64,000 bases of DNA from the human T2T-CHM13v2.0 reference genome, Homo sapiens. Under the pieces are notes generated by a model. It worked only from the letters and a program-made list of their open reading frames with translations, was not told the origin of the DNA and ran no database searches. The DNA lies in assembly GCF_009914755.1 (NCBI RefSeq), contig NC_060932.1; one strand, given 5' to 3'. A program made the translations under genes and the position numbers. Position 1 is the stretch's first letter. Each line of letters begins with the position of its first letter. Shown here piece by piece: positions 17,393 to 31,035 of the stretch.

Positions 17393-19510
17393 GCCTGTGA
17401 AGACCTTAGGAGACCCTGTAAGGAAACTTCAGCTTCTATGCCACACACATTGAATTGCTGCAGTGGGCATCATATTTGGATAATTGTTCACCTAGAGCTC
17501 CCCCACCTTTTAAAAACATGCATACATACGGAAACGTTGCTTTCTGCACGATTTCATTTTAATGGAACAGAACAGGGGAAAAAATAAATCAGATTTTTAC
17601 TTTTCTGCACTGGCCTGAAAAACTGGTTCAACCAATCCCACTCTTTTCTTTATAAGCAAATGTTTATTTTTGGAATGACAAGCCCTGCACCCTGTGTAGT
17701 AGTTAATACCATTCATTAAATGATGTTTCTTTATGTTATTTACAGAGGCATTAGCCTGGCTTGGGTTTCTGATTCTTGTTTTAAATATCTTTGTGGTGGC
17801 ATTTTTTAATATATCAGTGATAAAGAAATCCGCTCCTTTCCAAGTTAAAGCTGTGTAGTCAGCTGTTTGCTTCCTTGCCCGTGAATAGACACTGTACTGC
17901 CACATGGCCAGCTGGGGCATTCTCTCGTGGAACATGTTTGCTATAACTGGCTCTCTCCAAATACTTCCCCATTCCTGAACTCTCCTGCCTCTGCCCTGTG
18001 GCCCATCACCTGCACCCCTCTATGGTACTGGCCACTGTGTCCAATACCCCAGAGGATAGGCCAAGTGGGGTATTGGACACTTCCCGTGCCTTCCTGCCCA
18101 AATCAAACTTACCTCTCTGGTGTCTCAGGCCACTGAGGCCTCCATGGCAGAGAAAGGATCTAGGACCAAGGGCCAAGGACAAAGAGGTCTCTGCCTCCAA
18201 GGTAACTGTATGATTTAAAAGAGAACCTCCGATCTTGGTGGTTTATCTTAGAGTGGCAGAATGTCTGGGACTTGACAGGTTAGTGACACAGCTCCTTCCA
18301 TCAGGGTTCTCAAAGCAACTGGGACTTCGGTTGCCCACAAGGCTCATCTGAAGCTTGGTGCAAACAATTCAGGAAAGTGAGGGTGTCTTCCTTCACCTCG
18401 CTGAGGAACCGCCTGCCTCATGGGACCAAAACAGAGCTTGGTCCTGGAAACAAGGAAGTTGTCTCTCACCCATAGGCTGCCGCTCACCCAGAATGCTGCC
18501 AGCTCTTCTGTGTCATCTTTTTATTTTGGGGAATGGGGCAGAGCCCCATCTGTGGGACAGGGATTTACAAGCTGTCTACTCAACCCCTTTGTTATCCCCT
18601 CTTCAGAATGCTGAGGGGCTCTCTTTGGTGTCGATGGGGAGAGGGTGGTGGGCATGGCAGGGGGGCCTGGGAGTCCTCATGCAGGTGGCTGCCAGTGATG
18701 CACCATCCCACCCTGAGCTATGGCTACCTCCCTGGGGGACTGGCGATTGACATGTGTAATTGGAGGGTCCTTTATTGTTCTTGAGGGTGTATTGCCCAGA
18801 GAGAATCTTCCCAGAAAGAAGTGCCACACTCCTTGGGAAGGATCCGCGATCTAGTTCCTAATGATGTTAGTTCATCCCATTCTTTTCAGAAGACTATGGG
18901 GCAGAGGGAAGGGGAAGAGGGGCACAGAGGCGATGGGATGCCTGAGTCAAGTGCCGCTCAGAGCTGGCAGAGGACAGACAGGAAAGCTCTGGTTGGCTGA
19001 TCCCATTGCTTCCGGCAAGCCCCTGGAGGAGCAAAAAGCTATTTTAGCAATAACTTCACTAGAGGACTACTGGATGGAGAGCACATTCACTAGGAGGATG
19101 GTAGCTGTACATCCACCCAGGGGACCCTTGTTTCAAAGGATGCAGCTTTCATTTAATTGAAACAGATCCTTGACTCAGTAGAATCACAGCTTCTTTCTCT
19201 AGCATTTACTACACTAAAGTATCAAATAGCAGAAAGGTAGAATGAGATTTAACGGTAAAAGAAAGAGAAATTTGTTTTCTGAGAGGCGTGCAATCACTGG
19301 TATTTTCAGCACCTTCTATGGTTTCTTTCATATAACTGTGTGTGGAGATTTCTTATTCAGAGCAATGATTCTGAGGCATTGCAGGATCCTAATTTATCAA
19401 GGGAAAGCTGAATCATACTCAGAGTACTGTGCTTGGGAAAGAGAGCTGACTTTCATGAGAGGCTCCTTTGAGGTGGGAGCTTTGCTTGAAGTTCTCATTT
19501 AATCTTCACT

Positions 19511-19880
19511 ATCTCAGTCAGCTCAGGCTGCCATAACAAAATACCATGAACTGCGTGGCTTACACAACAGACATTTATTTCTCAGAGTTCTGGAGGCTCA
19601 GAAGTCCAACCAAGATCAAGATGCTGACAGATGTGGTGTCTGGCGGGGGCCCCTTCCTGCCTCGTGGCCACCTTCTTGCTGGGTCCTCCTATGGCAGAAA
19701 GCAAGTGAGCTCTGGTCTCTCTTGGTATGAGGCCACCAGCCTCTCCCTATCAGGACTCCTCCACGATGACCTCATTTAACCTTCATTACTTCCTAAAAGC
19801 CCTGTCTTCAAATATAGTTGCAGACAGGGGGTCAAGGCTTCAATATATGAATTTTGGGGAATACAATTCAGTCTCTAGCT
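19511..19880 (-). mobile_element. ERVL-MaLR solo LTR (MLT1A-like) inserted into a MIR
   Basis: CTCAGGCTGCCATAACAAAATACCA...GAGTTCTGGAGGC...GGCTTCAATATATGAATTTTGGGG; MIR-like sequence on both flanks (TCATTTAATCTTCAC; GAGGAAACCAGGGCCCAGAGAG). Confidence 0.85.
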
Positions 19881-20319
19881 CTCACCTTGGAGGTAAACTA
19901 TATTAAAAAAAGTTGCAGAAGAGGAAACCAGGGCCCAGAGAGATGAAGCAGTGTGCTCAGCCTCCCATCACAAAGTGGTGGCTGGGCTGGCTCTGGCCAG
20001 AGCACATTCTTTCAGGGTACCCTGCTGTGCCCAGACATGGGGCTGCTTCTGAAGGATGGGCATGGTGAGGGCTGCCTTCAGGGTGCCACTCACTTTGCTC
20101 TAACAAAAGCTGGAACCAGCCTGAAAGCATGAATGCCCCTACACTTAATAGAGGGCAGGCACAATTTTCTTCTCCTCAATGGAGTTTGGTGAGTCGAAAG
20201 GCAAAATTCTGAAAACACTAGTAGTTCTCTTTGAAAAACAAGGCCCAATTATGCGTTCCATCCATTACTAAGGTGGGTCCTTAGAAGGAGAGATGCCAAG
20301 ATGCTCACCACATACCCCA

Positions 20320-20694
20320 TGTCTTAGTCCCCTTGTGCAGCTATTATAAAGTGCCTGAGACTGGGTAACATATAAAGACGAGAAATTTATTTCACATCCT
20401 AATTCTAGAGACTGGGAAGTCCATGAGCAAAGTATGAGCTTTGGTGTTTGGTGAGAGCAGCTCTCTGCTTCCAGGATGGCCTCTTGCTGCTGTGTCCTCA
20501 CAACATGGAAGGGGTGGAAGAGTAGGAGGTGACCTCTCTCTGAAGCCTCTTTTATAAGGATACGAGTTCCATTCATGACAATGCAGCCCTCATGACTGAA
20601 TCACCTCCCCAAAGCCCCCACCTCCTAATACTACCATCATGGGGGATAAGATTCAACATGAATTTTTGAGGGGACACACATTCAAACCCTAACA
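20320..20694 (-). mobile_element. ERVL-MaLR solo LTR (MST-like)
   Basis: TGTCTTAGTCC...CCTGAGACTGGGTAA...CTCATGACTGAATCACCTCCCCAAAG...TTCAACATGAATTTTTGAGGGGACACACATTCAAACCCTAACA. Confidence 0.85.
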
Positions 20695-20787
20695 CTGCAC
20701 AATAAGAAATTCCCACTTAAATGAATGTAAATGACTTCAAAGGAAAGCATGCAGTTGCTTTAGCATTAGCATTTATGGAGTTATTTT

Positions 20788-21123
<336 letters not shown>

Positions 21124-24100
21124 TGATTAATATCTCCACTTTCCTGAGAGAAAGCAGAGGCTCCCCCAGGTGAATGACATGAACAGTCATAAGAACTAGT
21201 GATGGAGCCAGGGTGCCAACACAGGTCACCAACTGGAAGGCGCTTACCTGTGCTGTGTTATTCTCTAGCCTCTCAGAGCATCAAGGGTGTCAGAGTGCAG
21301 CTGTCAAAACATCACCCACACTGATTCTGCCTTTACTTTTAGTCATTTGTTTACTTCCCTCATTAAGCGTGTATGAAGCACCTATGGTGTATGGTGCCGT
21401 TCTGGGCACCGGAGATAAGGGAGTGAGTAGAACAGTGCTGTCACCTGATTTCTGGTGTGATTTCCTTCCAGGAGGCAGGCATGGCAGGGGCCTGGTCACG
21501 TGAGCCTTTGGAGCAGGCCCAGTGTGGCTATTTTCCCTATTTTTTAAAATTTTATCTTATTCATTTCATATATTTTAGAACAAATGCCCAAAACCAGGCT
21601 GCTTGAGTAGATAGTGCCACAGAAGAAGCTAATTATAAAGACTGAGTGGTCATACATTTGCAGAATTTGCTGCTGTAATCAAAAAAATGTAGCTAATCTG
21701 ACACACATTTCAGGATGTACATAGTCATTATTGTACAGCATGGTAACCAGGCCTGAGTGATCAGCAGTTAACCAGAATCACTATAATCAGTATGGCTTTT
21801 ACAATCATCTTCCAAATGTTTTTCTTTACCTCATTAGGTTTCTAGCACTCAGATCTGGTGTCACCCTAGCTTTGCTGGTACAGTGTGTGGCTCACACATG
21901 GACATGCGGTATGAAAAGGCCCAGCCCTTAATCTCTGCTCTGTCAGCTGGCCAGACAGAGCCTGGTGAACCTACTCTGGGCCCTGCTCCACCTCCCCCTG
22001 TACCCCATGATTCCCCATGTTCTTCCCCCGACCATCTAGATAGCCTTCAAGGCCTCATCCCAAGGTCGATGCTGCAGGAAGGAGAGGCATCTGGGACTGT
22101 TGACCTAGTGCCACCCTCTCCATCTTTGGGAGAGTCCTGGGCAGGGGCTGGGGTGAGAGGAGTGCTGCTCCAGCATCCTCGGCTCTCAGATCCAGGCACA
22201 CAGAAATCTTGAAGTGATTTTAGGTGTAAGGAGGATTTATCCAAAAATCCTCCCCTCAAACCAGACATTCCTTTAACAAGACACAAAGCTTCCATTTAAT
22301 GATTGGAGATAAAAATCTGAAGATGCAAATGCCTGGAGAATTACCACACTGGCTGGAAAGGGGTTGAGTTCCAGGATAAATATGTTGCTTTGATTTAGAG
22401 AGGAGTTAGGAAGCAGAAGGCCCCGGGAGACAGGAGAGGGCAGGGGACGTGCTTCTGAGGAGGGAGGGAGGAGGATGCAACTTGGAGGCCCTGAGGTGAA
22501 TGTCTTGGCTCTGCCTCAGGTGCCTGCCTTTCTGGATTTGTGTTCTAGGACGACGGGAGTTGGGGAAATGTCTGTTCTTTGGGTCCTGTGATGGCGGTCA
22601 CCTCCAGCCTGAGATCACTGCGAAAAAGGATTCTTCAGGGAAAAAGATGACACGCATCATTAAAGTGAGGCTAGCTTGGTCAGGCATTGCATTTCAGGGC
22701 AATTCTTGGATGCTGGGGGTGGAGTTACAGGCATAAGGCTAAAGGTTGAATGACTTCAAGCCACCCATATAAAACAATCCTTGCCAGAGATAGACCCCCC
22801 CCGACCCCAGCCCTCCAACCTGATGGATAGGAGTGGGTTGGGGCAGCTTCCCTGGTGGTGGCTCTGCAAGCCCAGGACACCAGGGCGCCAGCCTGGGCCA
22901 TCCACATCCCTGTGGGGCCTGAGGGAAGCTGGCACCCTGGCCAGGGTCACCCGGGACAACCTGCCCTTGGATTTGCTAGGAATGTGAGAGTGATGAGAGC
23001 CAAACTGTAAGTTTCTAAGGAACCTGGAGAAGCAAACCCAGAGGCCCCTGGTTCGCTTTCCTCTAATCAGGGCCCTATCTGTGTAACAGAGTTACTGACT
23101 TCAGGATTAGGCTGATTACTGCGGGTGGCTACACACCCAAAAAGAAACAAAAGACAGATGGCTCACTGGGAGTCAGAGTTTTTTCTCACACAATATTTAA
23201 TGTCAAAGAAAGTAGAGACAAAAAAAATGTAGGATCCAGATTCATCTGGCATTGCACATTCTCTTGTCATGATTGTTTCGGTTTCCTGGATTTCACTGGG
23301 AGGCTGTTCTTATTTGGGACAGGACGCTAAATGCTGTCATTGAAGACACATTTCACTACAAAATGCTGTTCCTAAGCACAAAGAAAAACACTGGTCTCTC
23401 TAACAAGCTGAAGTTCTCGGAGCCGTTGAACCCAGCTTCTCCCACCGTGTAGAATGGCATGTGCTTCTTATAAAATTGTGCCTATTATCAAGCTTATAAA
23501 TGAACAAATAAATATCACATTCATTTATGTAACATATGAATACATACATCAAATATTTTATATCTGATAAGGAGTTTTCTCCATTAGAAAGAGGGTGGAG
23601 GCTGGTCTACACACCAGGGCTTTCAGTCTGTAGTTGAGAATTCCATTCGTGGCCTAGATCCTGACTGCAGGCTACTGGCTGGCCTCTTCTAGGCCCCTTT
23701 CTCCATCGGTGGAGGGAGCAGCAGTCATGTGTCCAGTGGTAGGGGCCTGCAGAGTCATCTTGTGCATATTCCTTCATGCGGCTCTTGAGTTAGGCCATAT
23801 GTAGATTTAGGATCTGCAGGGGGAGTGGGCCTGTGTGGTCTGAGAAAGCCTCCGTCTCACCTCAAGTGTGCACACCCCATTTACTTACCTGTTCCCAGAG
23901 TCAGGCCTGTTGGGAAGGAGAACAACATTGCTTGACATGAATTTGATTAGCTGGGCCTGTAGATGATTCATAAATGAACACGTCTCTACACTTTCCATCA
24001 GCTTGCACATCTCCCCATCAGTCCCACCTGCAAACCATTGCCATGGTGTTTCTTCCCAGTCATGCTGCCACAAGCGGGACCCTCTCTCCCAGTGCTGCAG

Positions 24101-24654
24101 GCTTCCTCGGCCCTCCACCAGTCTACACCATCAACTCACATCTCAAGGGAAATGGTAACACTTCTATTTAGCACTCACAACTTAAACCACTTGCTGTTCC
24201 AAATGCTTCTCAAATATTCACTCATTCCATGTGCACAAAAACTCTATAATGCGGATGCCATTATCATCTTCTTTTTGCAGATAAGCGAAGGGGAACTCTG
24301 AGAGCTCTACCGTTTTCCGTAGGTCCCACCACTCATCAGAGTCACAGAGCAAAGCTGCATACCTGGGTGCCAGACGCCAGCCACTCTCCACCGGCACTGC
24401 GTTGGGGGTGAGCTTCTTAACAGGTGGTGCAAACATGAATGCTCTCCACCTGCGGGCCCCAGCTACACCTCAGAGCAATCTCGGAGCCTTTATAAATAAA
24501 AATGTCTCAAGTCCTCACTCGATTTGGTAGATTAGGGAGTCTCTTCAAAATTCCTTCAGTGCTTTGAAGGTGAAGCCAGGTTTGGGGACCCTATCTCATG
24601 CAGCATAATACTGCATGCACCCAAGGCATGTGGTGAATGTTCACTGAGAGAAAT

Positions 24655-24925
24655 GCACAGTGTATGTATACAAGTGTGTGTGTACGCATGTGGTGTGTGT
24701 GCACCTGTGCTGTCTGTGTATGCTTGTGCTGTGTGTATACACTTGTGCTATGTGTATGTGTGCTGTGTGTGTACATGTGTGGTGTGTGTATGCATGCCAT
24801 TTGTGTATGCACGTGCTGTGTGTGTACATGTGTGGTGTGTGTATGCATGCCATTTGTGTATGCACGTGCTGTGTATACACACGGGTGCTGTATGCGTGCA
24901 GTGTGTGTACACATACATGCATGTG
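24655..24925. repeat. Degenerate (TG/CA)n tract containing a perfect 53-bp tandem duplication
   Basis: Largely alternating purine/pyrimidine sequence; 24760-24812 is identical to 24813-24865. Confidence 0.93.
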
Positions 24926-25729
24926 GGCCTGTGGCTCACTCAGCAGAGGAAGCCTGACCACCAGTGGCCTCAGATGGATACGAGTCTGTGGGTATGGAAG
25001 ACAAGCCACAGAGGGTTGACAGCTGTCACTGGCTGGTCTTAACGATATGGAAAAGTTGACATGGTGGGTTCCTACTCCTGAATTTTAGGAAAACTTAATT
25101 TAAATCAAAACTAACTAATCAAAACATCTAAGTAGAAGACAAATTTCTTCCAAAGCTCATGCTTCCAATCTTGTGGCTTTCTTAGTTATGGTATTCCACC
25201 TGCAGGTGAGAATGTGACAGGCTGAGGGGGACTCCCACCCCCACGACCACGGTCCTGGGGAAGACACTGACATCCACAACCCAGAGGCGCTTGGCTGGCC
25301 GAGCCCCAGAGGCTGGAGAGGGAGGCCTCAGAACCGGCAGGTCAACTGCCTCACTGCTGTGTCAAATCAGGATTCAAACACTTTTAATCGGTGCACCGCT
25401 TTGCTGGTGGCCCCGGTAGGTGCTCTGTCTGGCCTCTTAGCAGGACTGGCCCTCCCCAGGGAGTGAGGGACTCCACCGCTCTCCCCCACCTATGCCCCTT
25501 GCCAGAACCGAGGAAGGGCATTTTAATATAAATTCCTGCTCCCTGCAAGCCTCCAAAGCTCACATCGTTTTCTTTCACATCAGAGCGAAAAAACTGCAAG
25601 TGAAAAATCCCAGGGTAGCAACTCTAAGGGATTAATTTCCCCTCTCTTTTAGCCTTCCCACCTCCTCTAAGGGTTAAGAATGTGGAGGAAGAATCGCTAG
25701 ACTTGGTGTCTGTGCTTGGTGGGAACTAT

Positions 25730-26890
25730 TAAATTACGGCGGGATGTTTCTGATTAGAGCGAAAGCCGTGCCTGTGCGCGGCCCCGGGGGCCACATGTGC
25801 CCGGCCGCCTGCCCCAGCCCCACACTTGATCGTGGGGCCCCTCCGTGGCACCGACGCCGTGTGGGTTTTTTATGTTGAGCGCAAGGATGGGAGCTCGCTC
25901 GTGCTGGCAAGGGAGAAGGAAACAGGCAATAAAACGGAGAGCTGAGCGGCTTACTGGAGCCAGGACGCTGGGGTCGGCTTAATTGCTCTGAAATGAAAAA
26001 GATTCGGGGTTTTCGTGAAATCCCATAGGCACACTTGCCAAGCCTCAAATATTAGGTTGAATTACAGTTTCTAATCCCTCCCCTCCCCTAGTCCTGTGCC
26101 TTATTTCTCCTGGCGGTTTTGTCCCCAGCTTCGAGGACTGAGAGGGGAAAGGTTGACAAGAGCGGGGCTGGGCTCCGGCATGGGCGCAAAAACACCAGTG
26201 CGGAGGAGTTCTCGGGACCCCCCGGGGCTGCGGGGCCTTGCGGGGACAGCCCCAGGCCCGGAGCTGCAGAAACACCCAGACCCCGCGCCTCCCGGAACCA
26301 CGCGTCTCTGTGCACAGACATTCCTGGGGGCAGGCTCCTGTCCTTTAACACAGTCTCAAAGGAGTCTTCAAAAACAAAAAGTTTACAAGCACTGATAGGG
26401 AAAACAGAAGGATGATAACACCAAGAGGGACTTTCCCGGGAGAGGACGGCTTCCAGGGACTGAGAAAGGATGGGCAAGTGGGCGGGGCCCGGCGCCGTGC
26501 GGGCAGGGCTGGCGCCGGGAGTCCCCAGACTCCCCCGCAGTGGGAAGCACCTCTCCCATTCACGCCGGGCAGGACACCTGGCCGGGCGGGGGAGGCAGCG
26601 CAAGGGCCGGCCGGGGAGTACGGGACTCGAGCCGGGGACCTGAGGCAGGAGCCAAGCATCGTCGCAGGGCAACCAGCAGAACGGAGAGGGAGGCGCGGGG
26701 GCGAAGGCTGGCGGGAGCCGCGCTGAGGGCAGGAGCCCGGAGCCCCCTAGGGCAGCGCCGATCCGCCCGCCCCGTCCCGCCGAGCTGGGCCTCCGTCTGT
26801 GGCCTGCGCAGCCAGGGTCGCCAAGCCGCCTGGAATGGCTCAGGCTTCCAAAAGGAGCAGGCGCCAAAAAGAGCTTTGCCCGCCGGGTGA
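25730..26890. promoter_or_regulatory. CpG island 1 (no associated coding exon)
   Basis: Dense CpG and high GC over ~1.1 kb in an otherwise CpG-depleted window; GC boxes (GGGCGG) present; not repeat-derived. Confidence 0.85.
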
Positions 26891-27149
26891 TGGAGATCAT
26901 GAAACTTTCCAAAGTGACTCTGAGAGCTGAGTATGTTCCTTTCTACTTAGGATGGGAAAAATTCAGTAAGTTACAATTTTCAATAAAATTCTCAGAAGAG
27001 TGATAGGAAGACGGTGAGAATATGGACGACATGGTGTGAAGTCAAGGAAGTTTTGGAGGCCGTCCATTTTAATATGTAAGCAAAATAAAGCAGGTCCGTG
27101 TTTAAGCTGTCACGTTATCCTCAGTACCAATGAAGAGGTGCTGGGTGAG

Positions 27150-27596
27150 TCTTTTTCTTTTCTTTTTTCTTTTCTTTCTTTCTTTCTTTCTTTGTTTCTT
27201 TCTTTCTTTCCTTTCTTTCCTTTCTTTCTCTTTCTTTCCTTCTTCCTTCCTTCCTTCCTTTTTCTTTCTCTTCTTTCCTCCTTTCTTCCTTTCTCTCTCC
27301 TCCTCCTCCTTCTTTTTTCTTTTTTGAGATAGGCCCTCACTCTGTGGCTCAGGCTGGAGTGCAGTGGCGTAAACAGGGCTCTCACTGCAGCCTTGAACTC
27401 CCAGGGTCAAGTGATCCTCTGTCCTCCCCCTCCCCAGTAGCTGGGCCTACAGGCACATGCCACCAAGCCCTGCTAATTTGTAAATTTTTGTTGCCATGTT
27501 TCCCAGGCTGGTCTCAAACTCCTGAACTCAAGCGATCCTCCCACGTTGCCCTACGAAAGTGCTGGGATTACAGGTGTGAAGCACCTCTCCTTGGCC
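27150..27596 (-). mobile_element. AluJ whose tail has expanded into a ~175-nt (TTTC/CCTT/CCT)n polypyrimidine tract
   Basis: Alu body 27325-27596; nearly pure pyrimidine tract 27150-27325; flanking direct repeat GTGCTGGGT at 27138-27146 and 27598-27606. Confidence 0.92.
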
Positions 27597-28219
27597 AGTG
27601 CTGGGTTTTCTGGTTCCTGGTTTACAGAACGGGTGACTGAGGGTGAGCTGAATTCGGAGACCCGCTCATCCCTCACACTCACACCAGGGACGGAGCTCAC
27701 AGTGTCTTCCCTGACAGGACATTTATATGCATTGCTTTTAGGCGGGGGATCTGTGACCCTGTCTCAGGCACACCTGCCTGAGCCACAGCCGGTGATTCCA
27801 GTCTCCTCACCTCCTGATTCTTCTTGCCTCAGCACCCCGTGGTCTACCGTGAGAACAGCAGCGGGTCTTCAGGGCAAGAAGAAGCCAATGGGAGGTAGAG
27901 AAGCAGGGAAGGCAAGTGGACAGTAGGGTGCAGAAGGAATTCGGTTTCCCGAGCCCTTGGAGGAGTGAATCATCCACCCCAATGGCCTCTGCCCAGACCA
28001 TTGTGTGGCATGGGGAAGCAACTTTCCACACAGCTTCCTCTGGGAGAAGCAGGTTTGTAGGCTGCTCTTCAGAAGAACAGCATCCACTGGGGGGCTCTGT
28101 GGGCCTCGACCTCATCACTGTCCACCTGGTGACAAGGGCTTACTGCTCCTCCCTCTGCAGCTGGGTGGAGGGAAGAAACAGAGAAGTCAAGCCCACTCTT
28201 GCAGACACATCCGGGCTGA

Positions 28220-28577
<358 letters not shown>

Positions 28578-28680
28578 TCTCATTTTTTTAAATGAGGAAA
28601 TGGAAGTCCAGAAATACATTAGTTAACAGTAGCTGTTGTAAAAAATAAACCCCCAAATGTATACAGATTTAAAAATGACA

Positions 28681-29000
<320 letters not shown>

Positions 29001-30373
29001 TCATTCATTTAAATCTCAATGGGTGTTCATTCTCAACTCTCCTCCAGGGCACAGCTCAGGGATGTGGTTCTATGCTCAGGACTTGTCATTTTCCATAAAT
29101 TTCTCGTGCTTTGTCCCCATGGTGAAGTTGATTTAAATTTGGTGAGAATGGCATTTTAGAACTAGAGTGAACCATAGCAACAAATGGTCCAAGCCACATA
29201 TTTTATTGAATAAGAAACTGAGACTTAAAGAGAATGGGGGGGTTAACCAAAATCTCAAAATTAGGTAATATAAAAAGTAGGTCATGCATTAGGTTTTACA
29301 AATGCATACAGATAAGGCTTTTTTCCTCCTCAATAAATTAAAAAAACAAAGCACAGATTCAACTCAGCTCCCATGTGCAGATATAAAGTGTGGGGTTCAA
29401 AGTTCTTCTACAAACCTTGGTTTGAATATTTTGGCAAGGAAAAAAGAAATGCATGTGGCTCTGGTAGCAATGTCTTTTGAGGAGTAATATTAGGCTTCTT
29501 TTGCAGCCCCCCACTTAAATTTCCACCTTTCTTTCAAAATATTTGTTCCTCTCCATTGGCTAACGATGTGTTCCCAATAGGCGGCAAGTGAGGTTTCCTG
29601 ATTAACCATCAAAGCGGTGAGCTTGATTATGTCTTATTTTTGGTATTCCCCACATTCCCAATAAACAATGTGGTGTGAGGTTAGGACAGGAAGCGAGGAA
29701 ACAGACGGTCTGCAGACCCTCATAGGGCTCTTGAGTGTGGCAGGTGGGACATTGCTTGTAGGATTAGGATGCAAAGGGCTTTCTATAAGAGAAGGGGAAA
29801 CGGAGAACAATGGAGAAAGGTGAGTCAAGACAGTTGTAGTGCAGATAGCACATGTAGGGAAGGGAGGAAGGCGTGATGGCTATATTTCATCTTTTGATTC
29901 ACTTCTCTCTGAAGCTGAGGAATGAAATCAGCTCTCTCCTTAGGAGATGAAAATCCAGCTTCACCATCTCCACTGCAGAATATCTGCTTGTCTCATTAAG
30001 TGGACTTCCATATGTGGTGTGGATGCCATGAACTGCACAGGGCCAGGGGCTGATCAGAACAAAGGTCAGATTCTAATCTTCAAGCATCATATTTATCTTT
30101 TCACCACACTCTTAACTTCCACTTCTACCACCAAATAAAGGGTAAAAGAAAGAACAACAACAAGAAAAACTATCAACAGCAGTAGGGTGTGATCTGCAAT
30201 AAAGCCCTGAAAACCTTCATTTGCTGATATCAATTCATTCAGGACAAAAACCCTCACTGCTCCTTCCTGATTGGCCTTGAGATCACGCAGGCAGCCCTGA
30301 CGAAACCCGAACTAGTGGGGTCAGGAGACACACACAATATGTTGAGAAGATTGTTATCAAAATGCAATGTATG

Positions 30374-31035
30374 GGTGGCCCCTTTCTCTTTCGGTTCTAG
30401 GCGCTTCAGGAGCCGCGGCTTAAGGTGCAGACATGGCCAAGTCTAAGACCCATGCCACACACAACCAGTCCCGAAAATGGCACAGAAATGGTATGAAGAA
30501 ACCCCGATGACAAAGATACAAATCTCTTAAGGAGGTGGACCCCAAGTTCCCGAGGAACATACGCTTTGCCAAGAGGCACAAGAAGGGCCTAAAGAAGATG
30601 CAGGCCAACAATGCCAAGGCCATGAGCATAGGTGCCAAGGCTATCAAGGCCCTCGTAAAGCCCAAGGAGGTTAAGCCCAAGATCTCAAAGGGTGTCAGCC
30701 GCAAGCTCGATCGATTGCCTACGTTGCCCACTCCAAGCTTGGGAAGCATGGTCATGCCTGCATGGCCAAGAGGCTCAGGCTGTGCCGGCCAAAGGCCAAG
30801 GCCAAGCCCAAGGATCAAACCAAGGCCGACGCTGCAGCTCCAGCTTCAGTTCCAGCTCAGGCTCCCAAAGGTGCCCAGGCCCCTACAAAGGCTTCAGAGT
30901 AGGTATCTCTGTCTGCCAATGTGAGGATAGAAGGACTGGTGCGACCCCTGCCCCGACCCGGGCTGCCATCTGCATGGGACTGGGGTCCTCTTGTGCTACT
31001 TGTGCAAATAAACCGGAGGCAGGAAAAAAAAAAGA
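30374..31035 (+). pseudogene. RPL29P: Processed pseudogene of 60S ribosomal protein L29 (eL29)
   Basis: 5'TOP CCTTTCTCTTT at 30381. ATG 30433 gives MAKSKTHATHNQSRKWHRNGMKKPR then premature TGA at 30508-30510. Frame continues [30 protein letters not shown]...KPKEVKPKI, with a 1-nt frameshift at ~30714. Parental stop TAG 30900-30902, AATAAA 31007-31012, poly(A) 31024-31033, no introns. TSD CAAAATGC(AA/GT)TGTATG at 30358-30373 and 31036-31051. Confidence 0.97.

Noticed and set aside
24591-25042. Overlapping Cys/Val- and His/Thr-rich ORFs
   Set aside because: Translation artefacts of the (TG/CA)n tract.
26088-26912. 274-aa minus-strand ORF and other ORFs in CpG island 1
   Set aside because: TTG start, next ATG in weak Kozak context, Pro/Arg/Ala/Gly-rich with no recognisable domain; expected from stop-codon scarcity in GC-rich DNA.
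27036-27410. Phe/Leu/Ser- and Lys/Arg/Glu-rich ORFs
   Set aside because: Translation of the polypyrimidine microsatellite.
30535-30924. 129-aa RPL29-like ORF as a functional CDS
   Set aside because: Starts at GTG downstream of a premature stop and shifts out of the parental frame at ~30714.
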